DNA of 63,738 nt, the filler included, from Welwitschia mirabilis (lineage: Eukaryota): the NCBI GenBank assembly GCA_051453625.1. It is 5 parts of one record of this genome, joined end to end, with 100 filler letters (N's around TTAATTAATTAA, not from the genome) between each part and the next. Parts side by side here need not be neighbours in the genome. Positions count along the whole stretch, not along the records: positions 25,241 to 35,831 come from JBOZIK010000001.1; positions 35,932 to 44,873 come from JBOZIK010000001.1; 3 more parts are not named here. One strand, given 5' to 3'. A program made the translations under genes and the position numbers. The notes beneath the pieces are model-generated. The model saw nothing but the letters and a program-made list of their open reading frames with translations. It was not told the DNA's origin and ran no database searches. Positions 27,401 through 38,409 of the stretch are shown here, piece by piece (the first letter of the stretch is position 1; each line of letters opens with the position of its first letter).

Positions 27401-28344
27401 GTGTTGTCTAGATCATCATTGAAATGATTATGAGGATTACAAGCTCCTAAAAATCAATTTGTAAAATTAATTACTTATGATCATGCTTTTTAAAAAATAA
27501 GATCAAAACACTTACCTATGCAATATTTATTGATAGCAATATACCCTATCAATAGCAAATCTAACAGACATATGAGAAATCCTAACTCTGCACAAGAAGG
27601 TGCATAAAACATTGTAGAAGTTTAGTGACGTTGGACATTGACTAAAATGAGATGATTATCNNNNNNNNNNNNNNNNNNNNNNNNNNNNNNNNNNNNNNNN
27701 NNNNNNNNNNNNNNNNNNNNNNNNNNNNNNNNNNNNNNNNNNNNNNNNNNNNNNNNNGTGGTGTCATCCTTATATATCATCCAGATGATGGATGAGATGA
27801 TAGCCTTTTGAAGTTCTTTATCAAGTTAGATTGGCCTTAAAGCTCATTAATTCCTCCTCGAAATGTGAAGTATCGTAATTAATCTTAAATGCCCCTTAAA
27901 ATTTCAGTATTTATGCATTTTTGTGATTTTATCCTTGACTCTCAATAATAATCATTTTGTTCTTAAACCTATCTAAATGTTGTACAAAACTACCCAAAAT
28001 ACCCCATCAAAAAAATATAATTTGGCATCACAACATAGCCCCCCACTTAGTCTTTTCAATCTCTGATAAAGTTGGTAAATGATTATAATTGCAAGATAAA
28101 TTGATTAAGATAAAATACTATCTAGGGATATATAACTCAAGTTCATAAATCTCAGTATGTAGGAGTAAATCATAAAATTAAATAAACTAAAATATTTTAT
28201 CTTGGGAGACGAAATGTCCTTGGTGTTGTCTAGACCATCATCGAAATGATTATGAGGATTACAAGCTCCTAAAAATCAGTTTGTAAAATTAATTACTTGT
28301 AATCATGCTTATCAAAAAATAAGATCAAAACACTTACCTATGCA
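23949..28344 (-). repeat. Tandem array of at least 6 units of ~820 bp, each ~515 bp of LTR end + PPT + ~300 bp of 3' internal sequence
   Basis: GCAATATTTATTGAT recurs at 23949, 24774, 25560, 26373, 26698 and 27520. The ACAACATAGCCCCCC junction recurs at 24461, 25248, 26061 (variant), 27208 and 28030. Three N gaps lie inside. Confidence 0.95.
25141..25240. other. Artificial assembly spacer N44-TTAATTAATTAA-N44 (also at 35832-35931, 44874-44972, 61661-61760)
   Basis: The same 12-mer, with stops in all six frames, is centred in ~100-nt N blocks at four places. Confidence 0.95.
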
Positions 28345-31299
28345 TTAGGTCCCACCTTTCCCCCACCTTCCCCCCAAAGATTATAAGCATAATATACAAG
28401 GAAAATATATAATTAATTATAACATTATTTCCTTCATCCATGATCTCATGAATTTCTTGTATTATTTTTGCAAGAAAAACATACTATAAATATTTCACTA
28501 TTAAGTACATATTTCATTGAACATTATCCATACTATGTATTAAATAATAGTCATTTAGAATTAAATTAGTACATTACAGATGCATCTCACGGAAATGTAA
28601 AAATGACCATTAAGATCAGAATTTAAATTTTTTCTCAAAATATCGCAAACTATATGTTCCCTTCTCCCAATATGTCTTGTACTGCATTAAGGTAAGATTT
28701 AAAAAATCAATATGCAAGTTAAGTATAAGTAAGCAATAGATGTAGGCTGGGAATAATTTTTAATGCATGAAAAAAAAGGTAAAAAAAGGATGAAGGATAA
28801 AGAGTTATTACTCAGAAAATATTTGTGTGCTGTCCACCAAGTCATCTAGATGATAAGAAGGATGACATCGGTTTTCAAAAGATCAAAAAATTTGGAATTA
28901 GCAATAAAATCAATGAAGCTTACATAACATCATGAAGGTTTTAAAAGGTACAAAAAGTTTGAAAGATGGAAAATGGTTAAGAACTATGATGAATAAGGCA
29001 TTATAAAGAAGGTGAATACACCAAGCTAAGAAAGATTAATGTGCCACGAACTCACAACTATTAAAAAATAGTTCTAGATGTTTCAAAACTTAAAAATAAG
29101 ATTAAAGGCAACTAAACTTAAAAAGACACTAAAAGAATAGATGGAAAAAATATTTTCATCATAGACTAAAGGAAATTTATTTGTAAAAAAAAATTAACTT
29201 CTAGGAAGAAAAGCTGTAATCACCAAAAATCAATAAGAAAACTACTAAATGATCAATTCCTAAAAATTTGTGATGAAAAAGTATGGAAATAACTTTAAAA
29301 TACCAATTAAAACAACTAAGGAAAATGAAATTAAATTGATAAATTTGGAACATAAAGAAGATTGTATACATATCCTAAATCTAAACCTAGCAAACCCTTA
29401 TGAAATAAATCATAAAATCATCTAATTAATGATGCATGACATAATCCAAAAACTTTGTAAAGTACCACTCAAATAGGCAGTGATTATTGCAATGCTACGT
29501 AACTAATGTTTTCAAATACTGAATGCTAAGATCAAAAGCTATTAGAAATGAACTCACTTACTAACACCCCAAAACACACTCAAATTCTCAAAAGTGAAAT
29601 GACCATGTGGGAATATTGTAAGCATAATGAGTTTTAAAAACAAGTAGTACCTCTAATAACATAGGAATATCACTAATCCCATAGCCTAAAAGTATTCTCT
29701 TTTAATCCATAATTATGGAAGTGCAACCATAGTTAGAGAAGTAGGGACCTATGAAGCATGACCAACTAACCCCACAACAGAGTTCCCACAGCTACCAGCA
29801 CTACCAAAGTTTCCTCTCAGGAAACATACCCAAGTGCAGTAGGACATCATGGTAACCATGTATTTATCACCAAAAAAATAGATAGGAAGGATACTCATAA
29901 TAACCAAAGACCCATACCATTGAGAAAAAATACCAAAAACCAAAGCATCTGCTTGTAAATGAAGTTCATAGATATTTGAATGTCTTAAGATTAGGTGAAT
30001 CCAAGTTTATCACTTTAATGTCCAAGTGAAAAATAATAGACATGGTAACTTTATAAAGTAAAATATAAGTCAAGTTTAAAAGATTTTCAAGTGATAGCAC
30101 GATGTCCACTAAAATAATAAGCTAAGAAAAAATTCAAATAATGATAGGAGAACTTTTCAAAACAATTGCTTCTATCATGTTCAAGATCTTTTGATAATTT
30201 ATGAATTTGTAACCTTTGTCTATTTTTTTGAATTTTACTAGTGTTCAAATTGGAAATCTTAATTGATCACTAAAAATGTCCTTTTTCTAAAAGATAAGAA
30301 CTGAGTTATCTAAAGATTAATTTATTAAAAGTAAAAACCAAAGCTAAAAGCATAATGGTCATAAATTCAAAAGCAAATACCAAGGCAAACTAGAAGTAAG
30401 TTTTATTCAAATCCTAAATTTTATTTAACACTTCATTAAAGATAAAAAGAAAAAGAAACATTTATTTCCTAAAGATATGGTCCTTGGATAATGCACTTTC
30501 TCAAAAAAATATGGATCAAATCAAATATTCACTAATTAATAAAACATAAAAGGTATACAATCAATAAAATTAAATATAGGTAAAAACAATGAAAGGATAA
30601 AACTTTGATAGCACAAATTTTAGATTTTAAAGAAAATAAAAAGAAGTGATAAATCTCATTAAAGTAATCTCTTATTGAAACGATGTAGATAATGAATATC
30701 ATCATATAATGCATGTAAGAAAGTATTCAAATAAAGTATCCAAGAAAATTTTGAGGGCACTTTAGAATATCTAGTAATATTAAGAATATTTCTATCATTT
30801 AATTTTAAGATATGGATTTTCGTTTAAAAAAAAAAGGTCTTTTCCAATTAGCATGATCAAATGACATTTTCTCTCCACATGATTTAGTAGTAATATAAGA
30901 GATAAAAAATTCATATAAATCATGGAAAAATAATCTCTTATCAAACTCATGATGTAAAGAATTTGAAACCTATATTTCATTTAAAGCTTGATATTGAACA
31001 TGAGATAAATTAATGGTATTATTTGGGATCTAAGGCTTTGAATGAAACTTCGTAGGATGAGTGAGTAAGATAGGTTTTACCTACTTAAGAAGCTTGTAAA
31101 GTTTTAATTCTAAGCATGAATTTAGATTAATAAGATAAGATTTACCTAATTTAGAGTTCCAAGATATCCCAAGTCTTATTTTTAAAAGAAGTGATTGTTA
31201 AAAACACAAGGTAGAGTTGACTTTATAAAAGAGAAAAAGATGTTACTTTTTATAGCACATGAAGTTTTAAAAGGAAACAATTAAAAGATTTTTGGAATA

Positions 31300-33210
31300 G
31301 ATTCCTCAAAGTCATGTGCTTCATTAAATTTAAGGAGAGGGATGTGATTTAGAAATTATTTGAATGTTCAAATGGAAAAGAAAAAGAGAAATATTATCAT
31401 TCTTAAGATCACAAGATAATGTAAAAGCAGAAGTAGAAGAAGCAATGTCATTTAAGGTTTTGCATGAAAGTACAAGTAAAAATGATGGAGCAACATGTGG
31501 AGACTCTTTAAGTTGGTTTATTTCATTAAAAGATATAATCCTATTTCTATTAAGTTTGTTTGATTTTCCATTGCTTCTTCTTTATTTCTCTTTTTCTCAT
31601 TATTGCCTTTAGCATTGCTTGGCTAAATGCCCTTTTTACTTTCTCCATTATGTTTGTTGATAATATCTTCCTATTCATCATTATCTTTATTAATATCATT
31701 GACCACATCTTCCTCTTCTTTATTGAACTCATTATTATTTTATTGAGCATTATTTTCATTTTTTAAGTTGGCGAATTTCTCAAAAGATCATTAAAAAATT
31801 CAGAGAAAGAAAATTTCTCATTATGTGATGGAATATTTTTTGATATTTCCTAAGTTGACTCTTATTCCTCTTTATTGAATCATTCTATTAATTCTAAATT
31901 ATAATCCTCATTTTTTATTATTGAGTTATTGGTATTGACTATCACCTTAGACTGTCATCCGGATGATAAAGGTAAACGATTCCTTTCATAGTATAAATTC
32001 TTCATTGATTTCATTTTGATTACTTAAATTATCCTTTAATCTCATATGTTGAACCTTTTTTAAAGGTTGAACTCCTTCATCCTCATCACATTAAGTGAAA
32101 ACTAGGGATGTTGTCTAATATTTTAATATCATCATCTTCTTCTTCTTCAGCATTCTTATTATTTTATTGTATGTTATTATTTTCAATTCATTAGATTCAT
32201 TAGAACGAGAAATGTAATCATTATATTTATCATAATTAAGGAATTTTTAGATTTTTTATGGGTTAATGTTTCTGTTTCATCTTTATTTTGTAATAGGAAT
32301 TGAATGGGATTATAACCTAGCTTATTATCTGAGAAATAATCATCTTCATCTTTATTATCGAATAATGAGTTAAATCATTACTCTTTTTATTTTGTTGTCT
32401 ATCTCCTACTAAGTTTGATGTTATATGTTGATCCATACTTTCATTTTCTATGTTAAAGAAATAATTGTTATCACTTGTTATTTTGAAGTTGTCCTCAGGT
32501 TTCTCAAAGTAGGATGTAGTAGGATAGATTTGTTGTATAAAAGAACTTTAAGATTGTTTAATTTATAATAAATTTTGTTGAAACATTCCAATCAAATTTT
32601 TTAAGTTGTTCTTGGTATTTCCTTACCTTATTTTCATCTCGTTAAGTATTTCTATTACTGAGTTATTTCTTTCTTCATAGTAACTTATGGTAGATGGATC
32701 TTGTTCTTCATGATAATAGATGGACAATGGTTGTTCTTTATAATAATCTATGAAAGATGGTTATTCTTCATAATAAATTATGAGAGATGATTGAATTCAT
32801 TAAAATAATTGTAGGATGTCTCACTAGATGAAATAGAATACCTAAAGTATTACAAATCATTATCGTTATTTTTATTTAAAGTTTGAAAAGAAGGAGGGGA
32901 AAAATAAGAAAGTTCCCCAAAATTGTTCTTGAAATGTTTCTCTAAGTGTTTTATTTCCATTATTATTAGAATTTCTATGTTTTCTCCTCCTTTCTTTAGC
33001 TCCCATTTCAGCCAATACTTCTGATAGTAGTCTTATATCATTATTTTTAGTAGTAAATGGAAAGGATGAATAAGAAGAATTCTTGGTTTTAAGTTTTGGA
33101 TAATCATTAGGAGATAAGTTACAAGATTTTTACCTTTCACATCTCCTTCTAGCAATTATCTCTCCTACAGTAATGTTTACATTTGAACTAGAGGATTATA
33201 TCATGTTCGT
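31300..33210 (-). pseudogene. Decayed ORF of element C: gag-like N-terminus followed by unrelated low-complexity/acidic sequence with an 11-aa repeat
   Basis: SSNVNITVGEIIARRRCER*KSCNLSP aligns with the gag start of A and D (NVTLRDLITNKKCKIQSSFNLPP), then diverges. Repeat PSxIxYYEEQ at 32672-32800. Confidence 0.5.
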
Positions 33211-33921
33211 ATTAGGCAGTGCTACTCATTGATAAGAAGAGAATAAAATGATTTTTTCTTCTATTCTATTATTTTTACTAATTCTATTTAAAAATTTTGC
33301 TTCTAGAATCACAAAAGTAGAAAACATTTTCTGCAAATATTAGAAATTATGTATCTTGCATGTATATACCTGTATTTTATTCTTTGTCAAATAAGCCTTT
33401 TCTAATATTTTTTGAGTAAGCTTCATTCCATGAAATATTTCAGCTTTTCACTAGATTTTATCATCTCCCTATATACTCAGTAAAATTTCTACATGTTTAT
33501 CAACTCATCATTTTACAAACAATATTTTGGATGACTAGAAAACAAAAAACAAAAAATAAAGAGAATAGAAAATAAGATTGCCAAAAACTAGAATAAAACC
33601 CTAATGTTAGTTGTTTTCTTGTGTTGTCCAATGACAAGTAAATGATATCGACTTATTAGATGATAGAAAATCAAAAACAAACTCATAGAAAAAATAACAA
33701 AAATTCCTAACCCTAGGTTGTCATCTACTTATGTCATTTGAAAAATAGATAGGATGACAAGATCGAAACATGTGGATCAAAAAATGAAAAATGCAAAAAA
33801 AGGGGGGAAAGAAAAACTACAATATCTATAGTAAAAACACAACACTACCATAAACAAATACTTAAATTAAAATCCAAAGCACTTACCTAGGTAACAAAAA
33901 TTCTCAAATTTCATGTGGCCT

Positions 33922-33939
33922 TCCTCGACAATGGCGCTA
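33922..33939 (-). promoter_or_regulatory. Primer binding site, tRNA-Asp type
   Basis: Minus strand TAGCGCCATTGTCGAGGA matches TGGCGCCGTTGCCGGGGA at 14/18, and all mismatches are transitions. Confidence 0.85.
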
Positions 33940-33942
33940 AGA

Positions 33943-35207
33943 TGTTGTAGTGCATATTTATACAAATATTATGTTCTCAAGCAGATCCTGTCATTTATAA
34001 ATAAATAAAGATTTTTCATAATACAACACACTAATATAGATGGAAGTAATTCAAATGTTATATTCTCATTGAAGGCATAGGTGAGAAGGAAAAAAATTGA
34101 TTTGGAAATGAAACATTATGTATTCTTAAAGTAGAATAAAATAACAATGCAGAAATAATAATGCAAACACACTTATGTAAATGAAATGCAAGTTTAAACT
34201 AAGTGCAACTTTCATCTAATTACAAAATTAACCTATTATGGAAATTAGTTTTGTATAAACTAGATTAATTAGAAAATGCCATCACTAGATTAAGACCAAC
34301 CTAAGCTATGAGGTACATCAAATAGAATGTGAAAATAATACAAAGTTAATCTAGGAAAGGAAATAAGTTCTACCTAAAATAATAATGTTAATCTTAACAA
34401 AGACTATCCTCAAGATCTATATCACTAAAGAAGCTATCACAAAATCAGAAGCAACATAAACCATAAAAACATGCACAAAATAAAGATATAAAAATAAAAA
34501 TAGAGTTTTGATTAGAATCAAACCAACATCTATGTTACAAAGTAGTAGCACCTCAATGAAGGATGCATAACTCAATACCAAGGAAGACATCTCTCTACAA
34601 TAACAATGAATGGATCTCCAGCCCTTTGAGCTCCTATCATAAGAATTTCTTATGTAAACGAAGATGATAGGAGTCAATGGTGAAGGTGGTATTTATTGAC
34701 AACAATAGATTCTAATAATACCAAATCTAACAGATGCATGAGAAATCCTAACAATGCATAAGAATATGTATGATACATTGTAAAATTTCAATGAAGTTGG
34801 TACATTTACTAAAATTAGATGGTCATCCTAATGGTCATCTAGATGATGGTGGTGAGGATGTCACATCAACAAAGTTCTATATTTATCCTTCATGTTAACT
34901 CAATTAACATCCTAGTTAGCATGCATGTGATATCATCCTTATATGTCGTCTAGACGATGGATGAGACAATAGCCTTCTTGAATTTTTTTATTAAGTTAAG
35001 TTGGTCTTAAAGCTCATTAATTCCTCCTCGAAATGTAAAGTATCAAAATTAATTTAAATTTCCTTAAAAAGTGCTAGTATTTGTGCATTTCCATGATTTT
35101 CTCCTTGACTCTAAATAATCATTGTGTTTTGTGTTTAAACCTGTCTAAATGTCCTATGAAACTACTCAAAATACCCCATTAAAAACATACAATTTGGTAT
35201 CGCAATA
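33943..35207 (-). repeat. 5' LTR of element C
   Basis: TGTTGTAGTG...TATCGCAATA termini, homologous to 23215-24466 and 6010-7210. Confidence 0.88.
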
Positions 35208-35277
35208 GTGGTGGTGATATTAAGACAAATGGCATTGGTATCATTTGAAAGTATTTGGACTAAGAACCACATGGTAA

Positions 35278-35749
35278 AGGGTAATTATCTTTTAGAATTA
35301 CCTTATTCAAGTCTCAATAATCAACACAAACTTTAATTTGATCGTTCTTATTTGGGACTACTACCATGTTTGATAACCAGTCTGAGTAGTCAACTGGCCT
35401 TATGGATCCTATAGTTAGAAGATATTCCAAGTCTTCTTTTACTACTAATGTAAGATGAGGATTAAGTTTTCTAACCTTTTGTTTCACTGGGATCGAATTT
35501 GGTTTCAAAATGATGTTATACATAACAATTTATTTGTTAATTCCTAGCATATCCTTGTAATGCCAAGCAAATGTGTCTTTATTAGATAACAACACAATTT
35601 TAAGTTTTAATTTAAATTGTTGTTATAAATATTGATTGATCTTCAGTAACTTTTCTTGATCGTTAGGATCTACTTGAAAATCATATGTTTCGATGTCTTT
35701 TTATTTTACTAAAGACGATTTCACATTTTGAGATTTCATTGTTTCATAA
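35278..35749 (-). pseudogene. pol: Ty3/gypsy (Tat/Ogre-type) reverse transcriptase N-terminal fragment
   Basis: DTFAWHYKDMLGI, PVKQKVRKLNP, IRPVDYSDWLSNMVVVPNKN..VCVDY and DLNKVILKDNYP (ORF 35314-35523 plus flanks). Confidence 0.9.
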
Positions 35750-36198
35750 TGTAACACCCTAACTTTAATTACCCTAATTAACCATAATATTTTTTTATAT
35801 AGTTATTAACTATCATGCACCATGAAACCTANNNNNNNNNNNNNNNNNNNNNNNNNNNNNNNNNNNNNNNNNNNNTTAATTAATTAANNNNNNNNNNNNN
35901 NNNNNNNNNNNNNNNNNNNNNNNNNNNNNNNTCCCTTCAACTTTATACAAAATATTTTTGTGTGGTGAAAACAATGTTAGAAATAAATATAGAACACAAA
36001 TTTGACATCGTTATTGTATGAAAACTAAGAGGGTCTATGATTAAGTAATAATTGTGTTTTCTAATTATGTTAAATCTTATAATGTGTTAATAGTGTCTAA
36101 ATAGGATTTGATCCTAGGTTCTATTGTGCATGATAGTTAATAACTATACAAAAAAAAATATTATGGTTAATTAGGGTAATTAAAGTTAAGGTGTTACA
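35750..36198. repeat. Two inverted copies of a TGTAACACC-type (chromovirus/Tekay-like) LTR terminus flanking an assembly spacer
   Basis: 35750-35831 is the near-perfect reverse complement of ~36114-36198. No TSD (CATAA vs CTTTT). Confidence 0.6.
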
Positions 36199-36661
36199 CT
36201 TTTATTGACTGTTTATTTGTTACATTACTCTTTTCTATTTGCTGATAATATATTATTGTATTTATATTCATTCCTCAAACCTAAGGTAAGCTCCTATTAG
36301 AGTGTGATGTGGTCAATATTGATCCCCATCTATCGAAGTTAGGACTCTCCATGGAAAGTTCAAGCCATGCTATTATATAATAATGATAATATAAGTACCA
36401 TGCTATTATTCTTTCCCCTTTAACCAGGAGATTTTGGATGATCTCACATAATAATTATACTTCTTATGTTATAAACATTAATAAAAAGAATTAGTTTAAA
36501 ATTTTACTTCTACTCTTGATATGTCTTTAATTCTTATGCTTTATTTAATAATGTAAGTTAACGTAGAATAATTACTAAAGATATTTATTTGCATTTCTGA
36601 TTATTAAAGTATATTATTAAAATAATAACTAGATAGTAATTCTAATAAATAATGTACTCAA
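36199..36661. repeat. Copy 2, left part, of the repeat inverted to ~10415-10876
   Basis: Reverse-complement alignment by eye. Stops at the LINE insertion site. Confidence 0.85.
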
Positions 36662-36999
36662 TGGAGGGAGCAGGAGTGGTGCTACCAGGGTTTGTCTTTA
36701 AAGCGTTTGACCAGAGGTGAAGGGGCATTCTTCACCTAGAATAGGTGCATCTTCCTCATGTTAGACTAGCTGAGATTTTTCTCTAGTATGGCTTCTATGC
36801 ATAGGCATTTTTTTATGTAGGTTTCAAACAATTTCAGCTAGTATTTCTTCAGATCATGCAAATAATGGGCTTTTAGCATGTCTTTAATGCACTCTTAGCA
36901 GGCTCTTTGGTGGCACCGTTGCTATGAAAACCTAAAAGCATGTAGTAGTAATGCTTATACTTCATACCAAGTTTCCTTCTCTTGAGGGGAGGTTTTTTA

Positions 37000-38280
37000 A
37001 TTAACACCTTATGAACCCAAAAAATCTGAAATGGTAGGCTCAAGTGGATCTGAGATATCCAAGGTAGCAAAAGTGGGGTACAATACGAGCCTCTTTAACG
37101 GTGATAGAATCATCATGTACCAAGTCATATGCAGACTCAGTGGGAAAAATCAGGCCTTCAAGGTTTCCTGATTTGGACTTTGGATTTAAGCATGAAGTAT
37201 ATATTATTTGCATAAATATGCTAGAGAACTACTTTAGACATTTGGAGGTCTATTTCAAGAACAACCTCATTAGTAAATTTTAGTCATGAGATTCACTCCC
37301 TTTCATTGAAAAAGTGTGATTATGGTGTGAGTAAAAATTTCTTGTAAATTGTAAGGTAATCCCTTTCAGACATGGGCCATTACATTTTTTTTTAACATAA
37401 CTAGTAAATGAATAAGATTTTAGTAGGAGGGCCATATTTTTTTGGCCATAGGGGTTTAGCCCTAACCAAATGATCTTCTTCTATTCTTGATAAACCTATC
37501 GTTTTTGAAAATATTCTAGTGTGGATTCATATTTCAAATCCACATCTGAAGATATGACACCCAAATATTTGTAGGCAATTAGAAGATATGTTAGGAGAGT
37601 TTGTTAAGCTAGATAGAAACATAGATCTCACGGCAAGAATGGTGAATGTTAGACTTTACATTGTATATGAGGCTGGATAGCTTCAAAGCCAAAACAAATA
37701 TTCTAGATACTTTGTAGAGTGAATCGGTTTTTAAACTAGAGGTAAAAAATATTCCTATACAATGTTCAAAGTGAAGTAAAAATGGGTATGTAGTGAAGAA
37801 ATGCAAGAAAAATGAGAAGAGGGTAAATAATTACTAGCAATAAGTGAAGAAACCTAAACACAAAAAGAAATTGGCTTTAGTTTGAATAACGAACCAATTC
37901 CATAAGAGAATAAATTTGACATCTTATCCAAGGAGGAACTAGATTAGCCAGTGGAAAAGGATACAAGAAATTCCTAAGAAAACATCAAATAGAATACACA
38001 ATAGATGGAGCATGTTCATAATGCATCAGTGTATTCAATAAAAACCTAAATTCAATTATTAGAAATGGAGTATGGACTAAAGTAGAAAGAGAATGAAATG
38101 GTAATAGAAGAGTGTGTTGTAGATGCCATGGTAACAAGAAAAAACATTAAAGTTGGACAAATGGACAAGAGTATTTAAATGAATATCCATAAATGTAAAA
38201 TGGAAAAGGAGATAAGGAGGACATAAGATATAGTAAATAGTCTCAACTCTTCTTCTAATGATTATCTATTAGAATTATAA
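37000..38280 (+). pseudogene. LINE ORF1 (DUF4283-like + zinc knuckle), decayed
   Basis: GGPYFF..RGLALTK(W) at ~37425, VWIHI at ~37520, and CSK(C)SKNGYVVKKC knuckle at ~37763-37805. Confidence 0.75.
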
Positions 38281-38409
38281 AGGCCTAGNNNNNNNNNNNN
38301 NNNNNNNNNNNNNNNNNNNNNNNNNNNNNNNNNNNNNNNNNNNNNNNNNNNNNNNNNNNNNNNNNNNNNNNNNNNNNNNNNNNNNNNNNNNNNNNNNNNN
38401 NNNNNNNNN

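Larger units (their letters stand above)
23215..35207 (-). mobile_element. Athila-like LTR element C (same LTR family as A), non-autonomous, inserted into the 3' LTR of element B
   Basis: LTRs at 23215-24466 and 33943-35207, PBS 33922-33939, PPT 24467-24480. Flanks GTGAC / GTGGT fit a decayed 5-bp TSD, and the host LTR is continuous across the insertion. Confidence 0.88.
17917..35280 (+). mobile_element. Pol-less LTR element B: 5' LTR 17917-~19480, internal region to 22782, 3' LTR 22783-23214 resuming 35208-~35280
   Basis: TGTTAACATCTAAAAATTAAC (17917) vs TGTTAACATATAAAAATTAAT (22783). 18066-18350 aligns with 22928-23214, and 18350-18430 aligns with 35208-35288. The PBS-like remnant near 19485 is weak, so the 5' LTR end is approximate. 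Confidence 0.7.

Noticed and set aside
23949..28344. Regular repeats as a CRISPR-like or repeat-spacer array
   Set aside because: Whole ~820-bp units are repeated with no unique spacers and no cas genes; the sequence is LTR-derived in a plant TE context.
5850..34677. Many short hydrophobic 60-100 aa ORFs (e.g. 5850-6158, 6569-6781, 23241-23492, 31560-31766, 34417-34677)
   Set aside because: They lie in AT-rich LTR or low-complexity DNA, have F/L/I-biased chance composition, and show no recognisable domain. The similarity of 6569-6781 to 34417-34677 just reflects LTR homology.
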